From Octopus sinensis (lineage: Eukaryota): a DNA stretch of 64,000 nt. The translations under genes and the position numbers were made by a program. A model generated the notes under the pieces. The model was not told the origin of the DNA and ran no database searches. It saw only the letters and a list, made by a program, of their open reading frames with translations. The stretch lies in assembly GCF_006345805.1 (NCBI RefSeq), contig NC_042998.1:153946001-154010000 (forward strand), written 5' to 3'. Each line of letters opens with the position of its first letter. Within the stretch, counting starts at the first letter, position 1. Shown piece after piece: positions 49,797-63,529 of this stretch.

Positions 49797-50740
49797 ATCA
49801 TCATCATCATCGTTTAACGTCCGTTTTCCGCGCTAGCACGGGTTGGACGGTTTGACCGGGGTCTGGGAAGCCAGGGGCCGCTCCAGGCTCCAGTCTGATC
49901 TGGCAGAGTTTCTACGGCTGGATGCCCTTCCTAACGCCAACCACTCCGCGAGTGGAGTGGGTGCTTTTTACGTGCCACCTGCACAGGGGCCGGGAGGTCC
50001 GGCATCGGTCACGATCTATTCGAGCTTTTCTAGAGTTGAGTTGGGGGGGGGGACCAGCTGAGAAAGGTTCCACCAGTGAAAAGAGAGGGAGAGATAGTGG
50101 GGAAGGTTGGGGTAAGGAGGAACGATGACAGGGAAGGGTTAGTGCAGGTTCGTAAGAAATAGAAACGTAGGATATCACGAGGCGGGGAGGGGACTGGAAG
50201 GAGATAGTCGGATTGAGGCAGTGACAAATTCAAAACAGGAGGTAACGTAAGATCAGTGGGGCGGTTGATGAGCTGCGGCGCTAGCAGCTTGTCTTGGTGG
50301 GGGGAAGGGGTAGTACACAGTGAAAGCATGTGAGGAGGAGGGGTAGGAGGGAGAGACACACGTAATGGTGGTGGGGGAGGAGGAGGGAGGAGGGCATATC
50401 CGGTGTAGATGGTGAGAACAGTGTTCACTGGTATTGGTGGTGGGGGTGGGAGGGCGGGGGCATCGCCAAATGGCGGGAAGATGGAATTAAGGATTGAAGG
50501 TAACCTTAAACAGTTAAATTTCGTAGAGTAAGATAGGAAAAAACAAAGCAAGTTAAGACATTTAACGAATGAGAGGTACGGAAGATAAATGAGATAAAAA
50601 TCTTTGAACTTGCTGTGGACATCAAGCCGGAAGTTGATTTGGAGAAGAAGGAAGTTTGAATTGGGGATTGTAATGGCCAAATGGCGGGAAGATGGAATTA
50701 AGGATTGAAGGTAACCTTAAACGGTTAAATTTCGTAGAGA
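49797..50740 (-). mobile_element. RTE-family internal-deletion derivative (putative 5' region fused to 3' UTR and (ATG)n tail)
   Basis: 49797-50010 is the reverse complement of the RTE 3' end at 37130-37305. The C-rich upstream part resembles RTE 5' regions (inferred). Confidence 0.6.
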
Positions 50741-51569
50741 CGTATTTGTCATTTTCAGATTTTGTGTGTATCTAGCCAACTAAATATGTTTCGCATTTAT
50801 TCTTCATTTTTATTTTGCATGTTTGTGTGGGCATGCATCTGTCCGTCCGTCCTTCCACAGCCTCATTTTGACTTATATTTTCAACTTCTGAAAATATCAC
50901 TGTAAGTTAGGGGTACCTGTATTTGAATTTTTTGATGATTTAGTCAACTTGTTTTATATTCGTATATATGTGAGGCCTTTAATTTTTCTTTTTCCATTTC
51001 TTTTTTACTTTGCAATATGCATAGTTTAATCTTTTTTTCTTATTAATATGTGATTTATTTTCAGCTCCAAAAGTTTATGTTGTTTTAATGGATTGTTGTT
51101 TGTATTATTATAAGAATGAGAGAGACAAAGAACCTAAGGGAAAATACCCTCTTTATGGTTATAACACGTGAGTATATGTTAAGTATCTAACATGCATCTT
51201 ATACAATAAATACATATACTCTACTAACATGCATCTTGTCCAATAAATACATATACAAACATAAACCTGATTTCACCAAGCTTTTGCGCTGCTTTTTATG
51301 AAGCTAACTTATTCATTGAGCCAATTCATTCTATCCAATAACAAAGTCGACTTTCCAGTCCAATGCTTGCATGTCTTGTGCACTCTTTCAGTGGCATTTC
51401 TTAATATTCATCCCAGCTATGTTTGTGGTTTTCTTTTGCTAATTTCTCCTCCATTTTAATTTCAATATGATTTTCTTCATTGAACCAATATTATTTTTTA
51501 CTTTTTTTCTTTACTTTTCTTTACTGATATATTCCATAAATTTTATCAGACACTTAAGAGTACAAGGTA

Positions 51570-52115
51570 CATGAGTACAAGATACTTTCTCAGGAGTGAC
51601 ATTTATTTAATTTCAAAGTACAAAACTCAAATCTTCATGGTAGCATCCTCTGACTTCTATGCTCTTGTTGTAGCATTCTGACCACTTCATGGAGGCACCA
51701 TGGAAGTCTTGAATTCCCTCAAAACTTTCACAAAGTACTCTTTGTTGACTTTCTGGCCAAGGGGAACCTAGTGGTGTGGATGATATCCTTGCTGAAAAAG
51801 GGGATCATCATGAGCTTCCCAATGGACTTGCTTTGCTTGGCCTTCTTGTGTCTGAGGGTGCTAGGATGCTTGGGTACTTTGTCTCTTGGTCTCTGATGCT
51901 CACCTCATACAAGTTAATCCATTAGCAATCTGGAGCATTTCATAAGTTTCTGTAGTGCCTTTGCCCAGTTTAACCCAAAACTTTATTGCATACAGCCTTT
52001 CAAAATTGTCTTCATGCCAAAAATGTATTCTGTAAACTAGTCAGCTGTGACAAGCAGTGTTTAGTGGGATTTGTTCAAAGTGAAGTATTAAAACTTCTGG
52101 AATGCACATTGTAAA
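51570..52115 (-). mobile_element. Mariner relic
   Basis: The minus strand near 51800-51850 reads HKKAKQSKSIGKLMMIPFF, resembling the mariner KKAR..S..K.M..FFD segment. Ends uncertain. Confidence 0.45.
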
Positions 52116-53153
52116 ACAAAATTTATGTTTACAACTATAATTTCATATTTGATTTTTGCTGTAAGAGCAATGGAATTATATTCTCTCATTCTTTTATTTA
52201 GTTTTACTGTGTTGTCATTTGTAGCTGTTAGTGTTACTGGTTAGTCAGATTTGATTTAGCTGATCAAGTAGCACAGAGACAACTGGTTGAATCAGATGTA
52301 AATTAGGAACATCTCTAATTGAAAGATTGTAGTTCTGTTTTGAGTGTTAATTGTTGGGGTAATATGGGAAAAACATTTCAGATGTAGGTTGTTAGACCAC
52401 ACTATTTAGAAGTGCTTCTCCAAGAGGCACACCTAATCTTGTCAAACCTCCTCCATTACCATTAACTTCAGATCAGTAGATTAATATCTCCTGGAAAGTA
52501 GACTTATCAGAATTACTAGCTCAGTTGCTACACCTCATAAAAGAATAAAATAATTAGGCTCCTCTATTACCTTTTTCTGTTTTACACTTATAGAACCAAG
52601 AGGTACATCAGAACCTAACTGCAGAGAAAGCAACAGAATTATTAATCCCAGTGACTGCAGAAGGATGAAAAGTAGTAAAAATACCTAAGGAATGAACAAG
52701 AAAGGAACCTCTCTCTCCCTCTCAATTATAAACAATTAAATTGCTTTATCAAAGTGAACAACTCCCCCAACAAATAAATACAGTCAATATGAAAGTAAAG
52801 AATTTAATATTTGATAGTAGTGGATGGCTTGAAATACATCCAATATAGTTTGTTCAGCCAGTCAGTGGTCAAAATTCACCCACCCCTCTTTTAGAAAAGA
52901 TTTAGAGGTTTCTTTTCAAAGATGTTGAGGAAATCAATCACAAGCTGTCCTCAGTGAAAGTACCTGTTTAGGTACTTTCACTGAGATAAAACAGATTTTC
53001 TTTACTATATTCACTACTCAGAATGACAATCCTTGGAGTTTGGTTTATAATGCCAATGGACTAAGTTATAAGCAGGGAAATCTTTCAATTAACCTTAGAG
53101 CTTGATTAGTGGATGTAACTTGCATTGTCTGATATAAAAGTTGAATCTCCAAT

Positions 53154-54250
53154 TACGAGGGTTGTTCATTAAAGATTTCCCCTGACTCACTTCCCAAGGG
53201 CTGGGATAAATGAAACTTTGCACAATTATTAGTCCTTCTCTACATAGTCACTACCAATAGTGACACCCTTCTCCCATCACTTTATGCAGTTGTGAAGGCC
53301 TCATCTGTAGAAGTCAGTAGATTGCGTCTGGAGCCAAGACTACTTTGGAAATAAGTTCATCATCCGAAAAGTGTTTCCCTTTCAAAAAAGACTTCATGGT
53401 TGGAAAGAGGTGGAAATCAGATGGTGTGAGATCAGGAGAGTAAGGGGACGAGGAAGGATTTCTTGACCACAGGAGTGTACTTTCATCTGGGCATCATGCA
53501 TATTGTGAACTGTGGTGTTGTCTTGGAGGAGGTGGACTCCTTTGGTCAGCATGCCACGCCACTCTGCTTTGATGGCATTCCACAATTTCTGCAGCAGAGA
53601 AGCATAATATATAATATGCCCCATTAATTGTGGTGCCCTTTGGCAGAAAATCCATCATCACTACTCTGTACAGGTCCCAAAAGACTATGAGCATAACCTT
53701 GGAGACAAGCCTTCTTTGGAGGTGATGAGTTATCATGCTTCCATTGCTTCAACTGGATTTTAAGATCATAGTGATGGACACATGTTTCATCCTATGTGAT
53801 AAGTCTGCCGAAAAAGTCTCCCTCGTGTTCTTGGCACATTGCCAAAAGAACCTGGGAGCAATTGACTCATTCCTGCTTTTGAAAAGGTGTGAGCATCTGG
53901 GGAATCTATCATGCAGACAACTTCTGCTTATGCAAATGATCATGAATGTTTTTTGCCACAAACCCTACACTTACCATCACCTCTTGGGCTAGTTGCTGAA
54001 TAGTTATGTGGCGATACTCCAAAATGGTAGCTTTCTCTTTATAGATGGTGTCACCATCAATGGTGGAATGTGTTCATTGAGGAATAGGAGCAGTTTCCAC
54101 CAATGTTCAACCACATTTGAACTAGCAATGCCAATGGTTGACTATGTCATTTGATGGTGCATCATCATCAAAAGTCTCTTTTGGTGTATGAATTTTCAAA
54201 TATAAGATCCTGATCACTGATCTACATTCAACTCCCTCTATAATAACACC
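53154..54250 (-). mobile_element. Mariner (DD34D-type) transposon relic, one TIR visible
   Basis: TA|CGAGGGTTGTTCA TIR at 53154; KVMLIVFWD, KGTTINGAYY, LLQDNTTVH. 5' end not located. Confidence 0.85.
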
Positions 54251-54609
54251 TTGGTCCACTTCAGCAGCCATAAAAAACAAATGAATACTAGTTGAAAGCT
54301 ACAATTTACAATGTTCCCTGTAGAAACATGTCTGATTATACCTGTACAAGTTCTGTTTCTTGCCTTAACTGGAAGCAGGTCAGGGGAAATCTTTAATGAA
54401 TGCCCCTTGTATGTGTAATCTAAAATGATTTACAAGTCATACTGCAGGTTGAATTCAAGAGAATTGGTTGCACTGGCATTTTTAAGGTTTCATTAATATT
54501 TCTAACTTTAAGGATTGTGGTAGTGTTCCTTGATAACAACAATGTCAAAGAAAGTCTGAATTCACTTCTGCGCAACTGAAGAAGGAATCCAGTACAGTTA
54601 TATTTTAGT

Positions 54610-57600
54610 TATTATTATTATCATCTTTATTCACTTAACTTCTGATATATCTATGTCTACATTACATCTCAGTTCCTTTCCACAGCTTACCTCAACACAA
54701 GAGCTGTTCTAAGTATTGCTGCCATCTGAACATTCCTAAGATGCTTGATATTTGCAGCTTTTTATGCCAGAATATTGCTCTTTTTTGAGATGGTCCCAAG
54801 TTTATCCCTTTATCCTTTTACTAGTTTCAGTCATTCAACTGTGGTCATACTGGAGCACCTCTTTGTGACAGCTAATGCCTGCATCAGCTGGGAGTGCATT
54901 GATCACAGTAGGTGATCTGATCAAGTGCACTGATCACAATAGGTATCATACTCACTTTGAGGCTCTATGGATTCTTTTCACTTACAATCATCCTAGGGCT
55001 TGGTACTTCCTGACTTTCTCATCCTCTCTCTTCACAATATTCTGGTCTGCAGATATAGCTACATCAATGTAAGTCCATTCTTTAGACTCCTTCAGGAGAG
55101 TGGTATCTGGTTGTAGATTTTTGTCTGTATATCCCATGTGAGTTTAGCTTATCCCATGTGAGTTCCACCTGATCATTATCTGCTACTAGGAAAGGTTGGT
55201 GCTTATACCACTTGTTGAGACATTCTAACCCATACTTCTTGCACAACTCCCAGTGTATTTATGCTGCTATTTTGTCATGGTGTTTTGTGTACTGCTTTGG
55301 GCTAACTTTGAGCATCCAGTAAGTATATGCCTAGACTCAGATGATTTTTCCATGTAGTCTACACAAAGGTGATACTGTTGTCTCATCAATACTACACTTA
55401 ATTGGGTTAGTTTGTAAAGCTTGTTCTTGAGCAGCAAGAATCAGTCTATCCGCTTTCTTCTTTTAAAAAACCATGTCTTAACCATCTCCAGGATTCTTCA
55501 TCAGCTTCATCCACAATTTGTTGGAAAAACTCTCCTTGTAGGACTTTCTCTTTCCAGTTGATGATCTTTTTACTATTAGTCCTCATATTGTACCCTTGGA
55601 GGATGTCACCATTGTCACTGATCACTGATACAAGCATGCAAGGACTCGATCTCCTTCACAACACTATGTTTTTTTCCATCCAGTCCTCTTCCAATTAGGT
55701 AACCTTGCTACATTACTTCTTGTATGAAAGCAACCATACACATCCATTACGTTCCTAGTTTTCCTACCCACATTGACAAGTTCTTCCTTTATCCATTCTA
55801 CAACTCCTGTGTAGTAATGTACCACACCTACAGCCCAAATGTTGATGCCTCTGATCAGGTTCCCTCCCTTTAGTCTATATTTGCATAACTTTTTAACTCT
55901 TCTGGTATATTTTGAAGAAATCATTTCCTTTGTCTTGGTGTTTAGCATCTGGCCTAGTTGTAAAACATCAAAATATTTGTAACCTTCTCTTGCTCCACTG
56001 CTGTTTACTTTTCGTCCATTCCTCAGTTCAATAACAGTGCATTTCTCAAACCAAATGCCATCTGGATATCCTGAGAGAAAATTCATACATACTGAATAAG
56101 GGAATCCAATTGATCACTGCTAGCTCCAATTGACCACTGTTAGAGTGATTGGTCTCATGTTTTTCTGCAGTTTGTAACCAGTTTCCTTCTTTCTCAGAAC
56201 CATGGATAGTGGTAACATACATACTGAATCTCCTTAAAAGATTCTTTTCTTGATGTTGATTTGTCCAATCTCCCTTCCACTTGCAGTCAAAACTGTCTTC
56301 CAGTTTCTCATACTATTTTTGAACAAATTAATTGAATTTTTCACTGCCCCAAATTATCATGCATTTTGGAATCCACAAGTAGGGAACCATATCATATATC
56401 TTCTTATAGTTAATCCAAGCCATTGTTAGGCTTGTCAAACTTCTTTGGCAATTCCTCAAAATTGCCTTATCAATCAGCAACTGATCCTTTGGATCCCTTC
56501 TTGCAGCCTTTCTGTTCATCTACTAGCAGTTCATTTCTTTCAAGATATTAACAAGCAGTCAAACACTGGTTACTGGCCATGGCACCCTTGGATGGATCTT
56601 TTTGAATCAATTCAGTTCTTTATTTGACCATGCATTCTGATACAATTCCTTGGTGTTCACAGCCTTACAGTAGTTTAGGATCTAAGTTTACCAACATCTT
56701 GAACCAAAAGTCCTGAACTAGGTCTGGGTCAGCTGCTTTCCAATTTCTCATCTTACCAACTGCAGCTTGAATATCTTCCAACATGATAACAATGTCCTCC
56801 TGTATCTTCATGTCTTTGAATTCTTCTTCTACTTCATGGAACTAGGATATCCTATTGTTGTGTTTGACATTCTCTGATCAAGGGTCGATAAATTAAGTAC
56901 CAGTTGCATACTGGAGTCGATCTAATCAACTGGTCCCCTCCCCAAAAATTTCGGGTCTTGTGCCTAGAGTAGAAAAGAACATTCTCTGACCAGATCTTGC
57001 TCCAAAAGGAAGCTGCTTCTTTGGGATCAGGTAACTCTGCTTCTTCCTTATCTCCTCTATCAAGACTTGTAAAACAGCTTCTGATTTGTTCTAAACTGTT
57101 GATTTTGTTTAAATTGTAGACATCTTTCCTTTTATCTTTTGATCTTAACTGTACCTACTTTAATCTTTTGTTTTAACATATCTGATATAACTAGAATCCC
57201 TTTATCCATCAGGTGGTATTTCTTATTCATGTAATTCTGATCTTTTTCATATTTCCACTCCTTACTTCCTCTTACTTAAATCCATCTGTCATGTATTGAA
57301 TTTTTCTTTTCTTCTCCTTTTCCAGAATGATTCTTTGTTTCTTTGTACTTACTTTTCTCTAAATATTCTTCCCTGTGGTGACACAAACAGTGGCATACAT
57401 CAAAGAATTTAGTTCAGTGATATCCTTAATTGGAATTTTCGTGTCATCCTCTTCCTTGAGTTCTGATCTGAGCTTTGCTCTATCACATGATTTCAATGAT
57501 GGTAACCTTTTCCTTTCCTCAAGTAACACTACTTCCAGAATTCTATGGTGGAGAGTAGCTAATTCTAGGTTAATTTCTTCGGTGACTTTCTAGTTGGAGG

Positions 57601-58310
57601 TACATTAATGTCTTCTATATATTGTAGATTCCCTCCCTCCATGTCCCAATTTTGCAGATCCTCCTGTTCTATGCATATTTCTTTTGGACCAGTAGTCCCT
57701 TGCAGTTCCTTTCTTACTTGCATTATTATCTTCTCTTGTCCAATCTTCTCTAACCACATTTTGGGCTTAATTTGTCTTTGTCTAATCTGATCATCTGATC
57801 TTTATTCACTCACATCCTTCAGCTCTTCATACTGATATTTTTTCCAGAGTTCTAATAACCTTTTCCTATAGCCTCTTTTCTCTGGTTTACTCCCTATTGT
57901 AACATTTGAAAAACAATTTGTTGTTCTCCTTCATCCATTTTAATTTCCTTTGCTGTTGAGGTTCAGCAGCAGCTTGATTATAACTGGACCTACACTGATG
58001 TTCATTAGGACACCTACTAGATGCAATACTTTCACTAAAAGCTCCAACCTTTTAAGTTGGTTGTCCTGAACTGGTTGCCACCTCCAGTATTTATCCTTGC
58101 AGTACTTAAAGACTCATATAGTTGGATGGCCATTGACTCTCGGGATTATCCATTCTTTAACAGGTTTTGTTTCTCATGATGCAGGTTGTTGAACAAAATC
58201 CGCACTCCTTACCAGGCAAGTGCTTGGTACGGTTGCTGTTTTAGTCATTGTTGGTTTGAGCATGGATCAGGTTGTACTGGATTACATGTTACCAATAATA
58301 CTAGAAGTGA
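54610..58310 (-). mobile_element. Degenerate R4/Dong-type (restriction-like endonuclease) non-LTR retrotransposon
   Basis: KDQLLIDKAIL..AWINYKKIYD, YKYFDVLQ, INIWAVGVVHY, WKEKVLQG..WRWLRHGFLK, C-terminal LGTISK. Both ends lie next to TAA-rich tracts. Confidence 0.8.
56878..56978 (+). mobile_element. 5'-truncated SINE with 11-bp TSD inside the R4-type element
   Basis: ACATTCTCTGA at 56867-56877 and 56979-56989; contains gggtcgataaattaagtaccagt. Confidence 0.8.
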
Positions 58311-58867
58311 CCTGACATATTATTACAATTATTTATTATAACTACTAGTTCTATTTTTACCACCAAAAATTATTACTACTACTAAAACCAATTGTACTCT
58401 TATCATTCCAAATACTATTCCTATTATTATGTTCTTATGATCATCCATTCTACCGTTATCATTAACAAAATACAAGAGGAGGTGGTAGGATGAACCTGGG
58501 ATTTCAGGATTTCTAGTACAAGCACTTTTGTTATAGGTGATGGGGTGGACTTGAGTGGGTGCACCACATGCAAGCAGGTTTCTAACATTGGATAGAAAGA
58601 TAGCAAAATGCAAAACAAACTAAAAAATAGGAAAGATAAGAGAACAACTCTAAACTAAATTTTTCTAACTTATTGATGATAAGGAAAAGTAAAAACATTT
58701 CTATCTACCTGCATACTGAGAAAAATAGCCCTGGTTTTGACTCAAGTTCATAAAGCTCAAATAAAACACAATTTCAAAATAACAACTTTTAATAATAAAC
58801 ACCAATTCACGTTGAAGAAAGCAGGTGTCCATTGCCCTTATCTTCTTCATTCCATTGAGTTTACTTC

Positions 58868-58869
58868 CC

Positions 58870-58918
<49 letters not shown>

Positions 58919-58919
58919 T
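58868..58919. repeat. (ATT)n microsatellite
   Basis: Visible perfect repeat. Confidence 0.95.
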
Positions 58920-59575
58920 GGTTCAGCTCAGGTTTGGTCTTATTCCTGGTAGGATTTATGTGGGTAGCAGGTTACCACCTGTAACCTTAAGTACCCCCAC
59001 AAGTTTTCAGCTGTCTTTCAAGTGCTTAGAACCCTCCGGATAATCTTTGCTACCCCTAAGAGACAAGCTCTACCAGGCATTCTATTCCAATCTCCTTCAG
59101 CCATTTGTCTATATCTTTGCTAACTGTTCCCAATGCACCAATTATTATAGGCATGATCTTTACTGTTCTCATGCTCCAAATTCTTCCAGTTCCAAATTTT
59201 AAGGGATTTTAATTTTTTTTCTTTTTGTTTTTCGTCCTCTCTTTTTACGATCCTGGAATCAAACAGGTATGATGAGTTAATTAGTAAGCAACTTTGCTTT
59301 TCTTTATCTATAATTGTAAAGTCTGGTCCATTATTTTCTAACTTCTTGTCCGTTTGAATAAGTACAGCTGTTGTTCCTAGTTACAACATTTTTAAGATCT
59401 CTATTTCAAGGCCCTTATATTTACTTAACTTCTCAAATATTTTTACAGAAGTGTTGCATTCTGCTGTGATTGACATATTTATGAGCAGACATATTTTGTC
59501 AACATGATTTGTTTCACCACAATACCATGTCTATTTGCCTGTAAAGTACCAGTTGGTAAACGTTTGGCTGAAAAT
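58920..59575 (-). mobile_element. Two stacked 3' fragments of R4/Dong-type LINEs (RLE domain and 3' UTR)
   Basis: ANRHGIVVK..EKLSKYKGLEIE, then IQTDKKLENNGPDFTIID and ACLLGVAKIIRRVLST*. The 3' UTR ends at (AAT)n. Confidence 0.75.
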
Positions 59576-59579
59576 TGGT

Positions 59580-62122
59580 TGCAGGCAATTTGATTGGGAA
59601 ATCTCATAAGGAATCGGTTTATCGATGGTTTTTTTTTTTTGTTTTTTGAGAACTTAGAGCATTCAAAGATTCCATGAGTCCTAAGTAATGCTGGCATCAA
59701 GTTTGAGCAAAATATGTCAAAATTGGTAAAAGTTATGGTTGAAAATGGTGTGTAACCAATTTTAGTGGGAAATCCTATAAGGAATCAGTTTATCAATTTT
59801 TTATCCTGATTGAATGGAAAACCCCAAATGGATGCCTGCCACCAATAGTGTTTGGCCTTAGGATTTGTTGATGGACATGGTGAAGCATGGTTTCACTGGG
59901 AACTGCGATCTGCGGAAGTTAAACAGTATGTCTGACCCCGAGGGATAAAACAGCATCCTTGAAATGAAAACATTGTCACCCCCTCCTGCACCCTGTAACA
60001 ATGGTGGCCTCAATCAAGTTAGGTGTCAGGGACTTGATTACTAAGTGGGTACCGTTGCACTGTTTATGTGGAAGCAAGTTTCTGATTAGCATAATTGGGC
60101 ATCCAACCCTTAGCCTAAGAATGTGAAGTGGAAGCCATGCTGGCTCCAATGAGTTGAGAAACTCGATAGGGTAATTGACAATGTCTTGGGGGTCAGATGT
60201 CCAGTCAGTCAATTTGTAAATGTGCTCCTCACCCTGAATTCGGCTTATGAGCTGGTTGTTGATAGCACTGACAGCTACGTTTTTGGAGGCCAGGATGGTT
60301 CTTTCACTAAGCCAATTGATGTCTGCATAATTACTTTCCAGATTGGGGAATACTGTTTCTAAAAGATCAGAAGGGTTGTCCACGGTGTTGCACAGTTCAG
60401 AGATGGATATGTTGCCCCTATCATTCCTTGGCACCTTGCCTTCTCCAAGGGCTAAAATGTCTTCAGCAAATGCTGCAGACGTGCTATCACCAAGCAAGTG
60501 CACATGCATGTTTGTGCTTAGGCTTAAGGTCTTAACCTGAGCCACAATGTGGATGACTTAAAGCATTCGCGCACTTCATCAGCCCAGCTCCCTTTAGGGA
60601 TGACAGGAAGTGTTTGCTGGAATCTCCTGAAAGCAATAGAGTTATACCACCCATAGAAGCTGTAGAATCCCTGATATGTTTCAGTGACCAGTCCAGTGCC
60701 TCAAGGGCACCCTTATTGGTCATTGTGCATTCATCCCATACAATGAGACGGCACTGTCTAAGAACTTCAGCTTCCTCTGAATTTTTGCCAATGTTGCAAG
60801 TAGGAACCTCAGCCCTCACTAAATGTAAAGGCAGCTTGAATTCTTAGTGTGCCGTCCTACCTCCAGGCAATATCATAGCAGCAATTCCCAAGGAAGCAAT
60901 GGCTAGCGCAATTTGTTTCTCACAATGAATCTTAGCAAGTATTGTGTTACAAAGGATTTGCTGATACATCTAGCAGCATTGAGGGAAAAAATGCCTCCCA
61001 CCTGTTTTTTAACAGCACTGACAACAGTTTCATACACCAGCCTCTGATCAGGGAGCAATTTCGGTTCATTTATTCTCAGGTACTCCTCAAGGCCATCATA
61101 TGACAACTCCAGAGGTAACTTTGGTGGGAGTGTGTTAACATCCTGTCGCAATGAGGATGGCAAACCGAATGTGTTCAATGCTGCCCCACCCATTTTTAGC
61201 AAGGCATCCTCGATTTCAATCAATGCATTATTGTAGATCAGGTCATTGTATCCAATGTCAGCATTAGGGCACTGTTGCTTTTGCCAGTCATCATTTGCCT
61301 TGACCACCAAGAAAGCAAAATTACGTACAGAGAGCTTCATACACAGAAATGAATGGAAAAAAGGTTTTAGATTAAATTTGCACGATTTTCACTAAAACAA
61401 AAAAAAATCGGATTTTTTGCATGGAATCAACTACCCTGGCCTCCTAATATGCTACAAAACCCTTTTTGTGGTTCGAAAAATGGGGTGGGGTGTGGTGTGG
61501 TGGAAGCCTCGGAAATTTCACTCTCCATACCCATTGATCTTTTCATCATCTATTTTTCAATGTACATGGAAAAATCCACCCAAAGTAATGTGTGTGTGAG
61601 AGGGGTGGGGGAGAAAGATGAACGATTTAAAATAAATAAATGGTTTAAAATAAATATATTTTAATTGTTGTGTGAGAAAGTGTATATAATCTGATTATAA
61701 AATAGTGTCTTTCAAAAACAGCCTAAGTTTGAATACTATATCTCATAGAAAAGAAAAGCATTTTACATTTTTATTTTTGGTGAACGCTGTCACTTTCTCT
61801 CTCCCTCACACACACACACACACATACATCAACACAACTTCTCTCTCTCTCCCTCACACACACACACACACATTTTCACTTCGCTATGGCAAGAAGGGAC
61901 TTAACTCATGTTAGCAAACTTCAAAATTGGTAAAAGTTAAGGTTGAAAATCGATTTTTACTTCTACCCTGTGGGTGCCTCAAGAAAAATAATTTGGCGAA
62001 AATACAGCTAGGGTCATAACGAATGTCCTCCTAAGATTGGAGCGAGATGCGTGCTAATTTGTGGACGTGCATAAACTACATTCACATACACACACACACA
62101 CCCTGCCTTTTATATATACAGA
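59580..62122 (-). mobile_element. Helitron deletion derivative with Pif1-type helicase fragment (about 61340-59815)
   Basis: IVWDECTM, LLLSGD, PIEFLNSLEP..LRLRVGCPIMLIRNL..CNGT, QFPVKPCFTMSINKS. A|TC 5' end at 62122; 3' end not found. Confidence 0.85.
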
Positions 62123-63084
62123 TCTACATCTGCCTTTGGGTGATGCATGCTGTGCACTGTGAGGAGCTTGCATATTTTTGTATCAATTTTACTGATCTCA
62201 CTGAGAGACTATTTTATGATCTTAAAGCTGTAGATCACAAGTGGTATACATAAAGTATTGATTGCATCAATCCTGTTTTGCACATTAAGTTCGCTCTTTA
62301 GGATAGCTCTAACTCTATGGTAACATTCTTTCCACATTCCTTTCACACATTTGTGAGTGCTGGATGCCATCTTCTTCACATATACCAAAATATTTGTAAT
62401 TACAAAAATATTTGTAATCCCTCAGTGATGGTAGACTGGTCTTTCTGTATGTTGTTTGTTTTCTACAGTTTTCTCCTGAAGAATATATCTTTAGTACATT
62501 TATCAAGGCCAAACTCTATTCTATTATCATCACTGAATTGTTTTACCACAGTTAAAATTTATTCCAGTTGTTGATCATGTTTCATGAAAAACTATAGATC
62601 GTCTATGTAAAGGGGGTTGTTGCTTTGTCTATCATATACTCTGTACTCATGTTTTGCATCATTCAACAACTTACTTAGGGGAGCCATGCAAAAGAGTAGT
62701 ATTGATAGAGAATTACCTTGAAAAATGCCACAGTTTATGTCAATGTCACCAGTGTTCATAGTAGTTAGTTAGTACATGTCTCTGAATTTGTTATAAGAGT
62801 TGTTTTTTTCCATTGCTCCATACTGTTCAACAAAAAATTACCAATAACTGGAGAGATTTTATATGTTTTCAAGCATTTCTCAATCCAGCCATGAGGAAGG
62901 CTGTCAAATGTTATTTTTTATAACCAAGACATGCAATTAGAAAGATTTTTGTATCATTTGTGAAGAACCATATTATTGATTAAAAGTTGGTCTTTACAAC
63001 CATACAAGCTATATTTACAACTTTTTTGTTTGTTAGAGAATGTCTTGTTATCCACCAGGAAGGTACTTAAATGGATTTTTTTTT

Positions 63085-63430
63085 TGTTTCAGTCATTAGA
63101 CTGTAACCATGCTGGGACACTGCCTTGAAGAATTTTACTTATCAATTTTTTGTAAAGCCTGGTATTTACTCTGTTGGTCTCTTTTGCTGAACTGCTAAGT
63201 CATGGGTGTGTAAACATACCAACATCGGTTGTTAAGTGGTGGTGGGGGGACAAACTTGCATGCAAAAACACACACACATGTTTACAATGAGCTTATCTCA
63301 GTTTCTGTCTGCCAAATCCATTCAAGGCTTTGATCAGCCCAAGGCTATAGTAGAGGACACTTGTCCAGATTGCCACACGGTGGGACTGAACCTGGTGCCC
63401 ATGTATATGAGAAGCAAACTTCTTGCCAAA
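63085..63430 (-). mobile_element. Degenerate SINE (family of 31680-32075)
   Basis: tttgtttcagtcatt...caaggctttgatcagcccaaggctatagtagaggacacttg...gggactgaacc. Confidence 0.75.
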
Positions 63431-63529
63431 CAACTTGTGCCTATGTTAGTATTTAATACATGGTTGTAAGACATGTAACTGGTTGGTAGTTTTTTTTGGG
63501 GGGGGGGGAGTTACTAGTTTTGTCACTTT

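Noticed and set aside
50030-50680. 216-aa proline-rich ORF
   Set aside because: It arises from C-rich low-complexity sequence in a retroelement derivative and has no domain signature.
62300-62800. Possible additional mariner relic
   Set aside because: Only faint C-terminal resemblance; no catalytic motif or TIR recognised.
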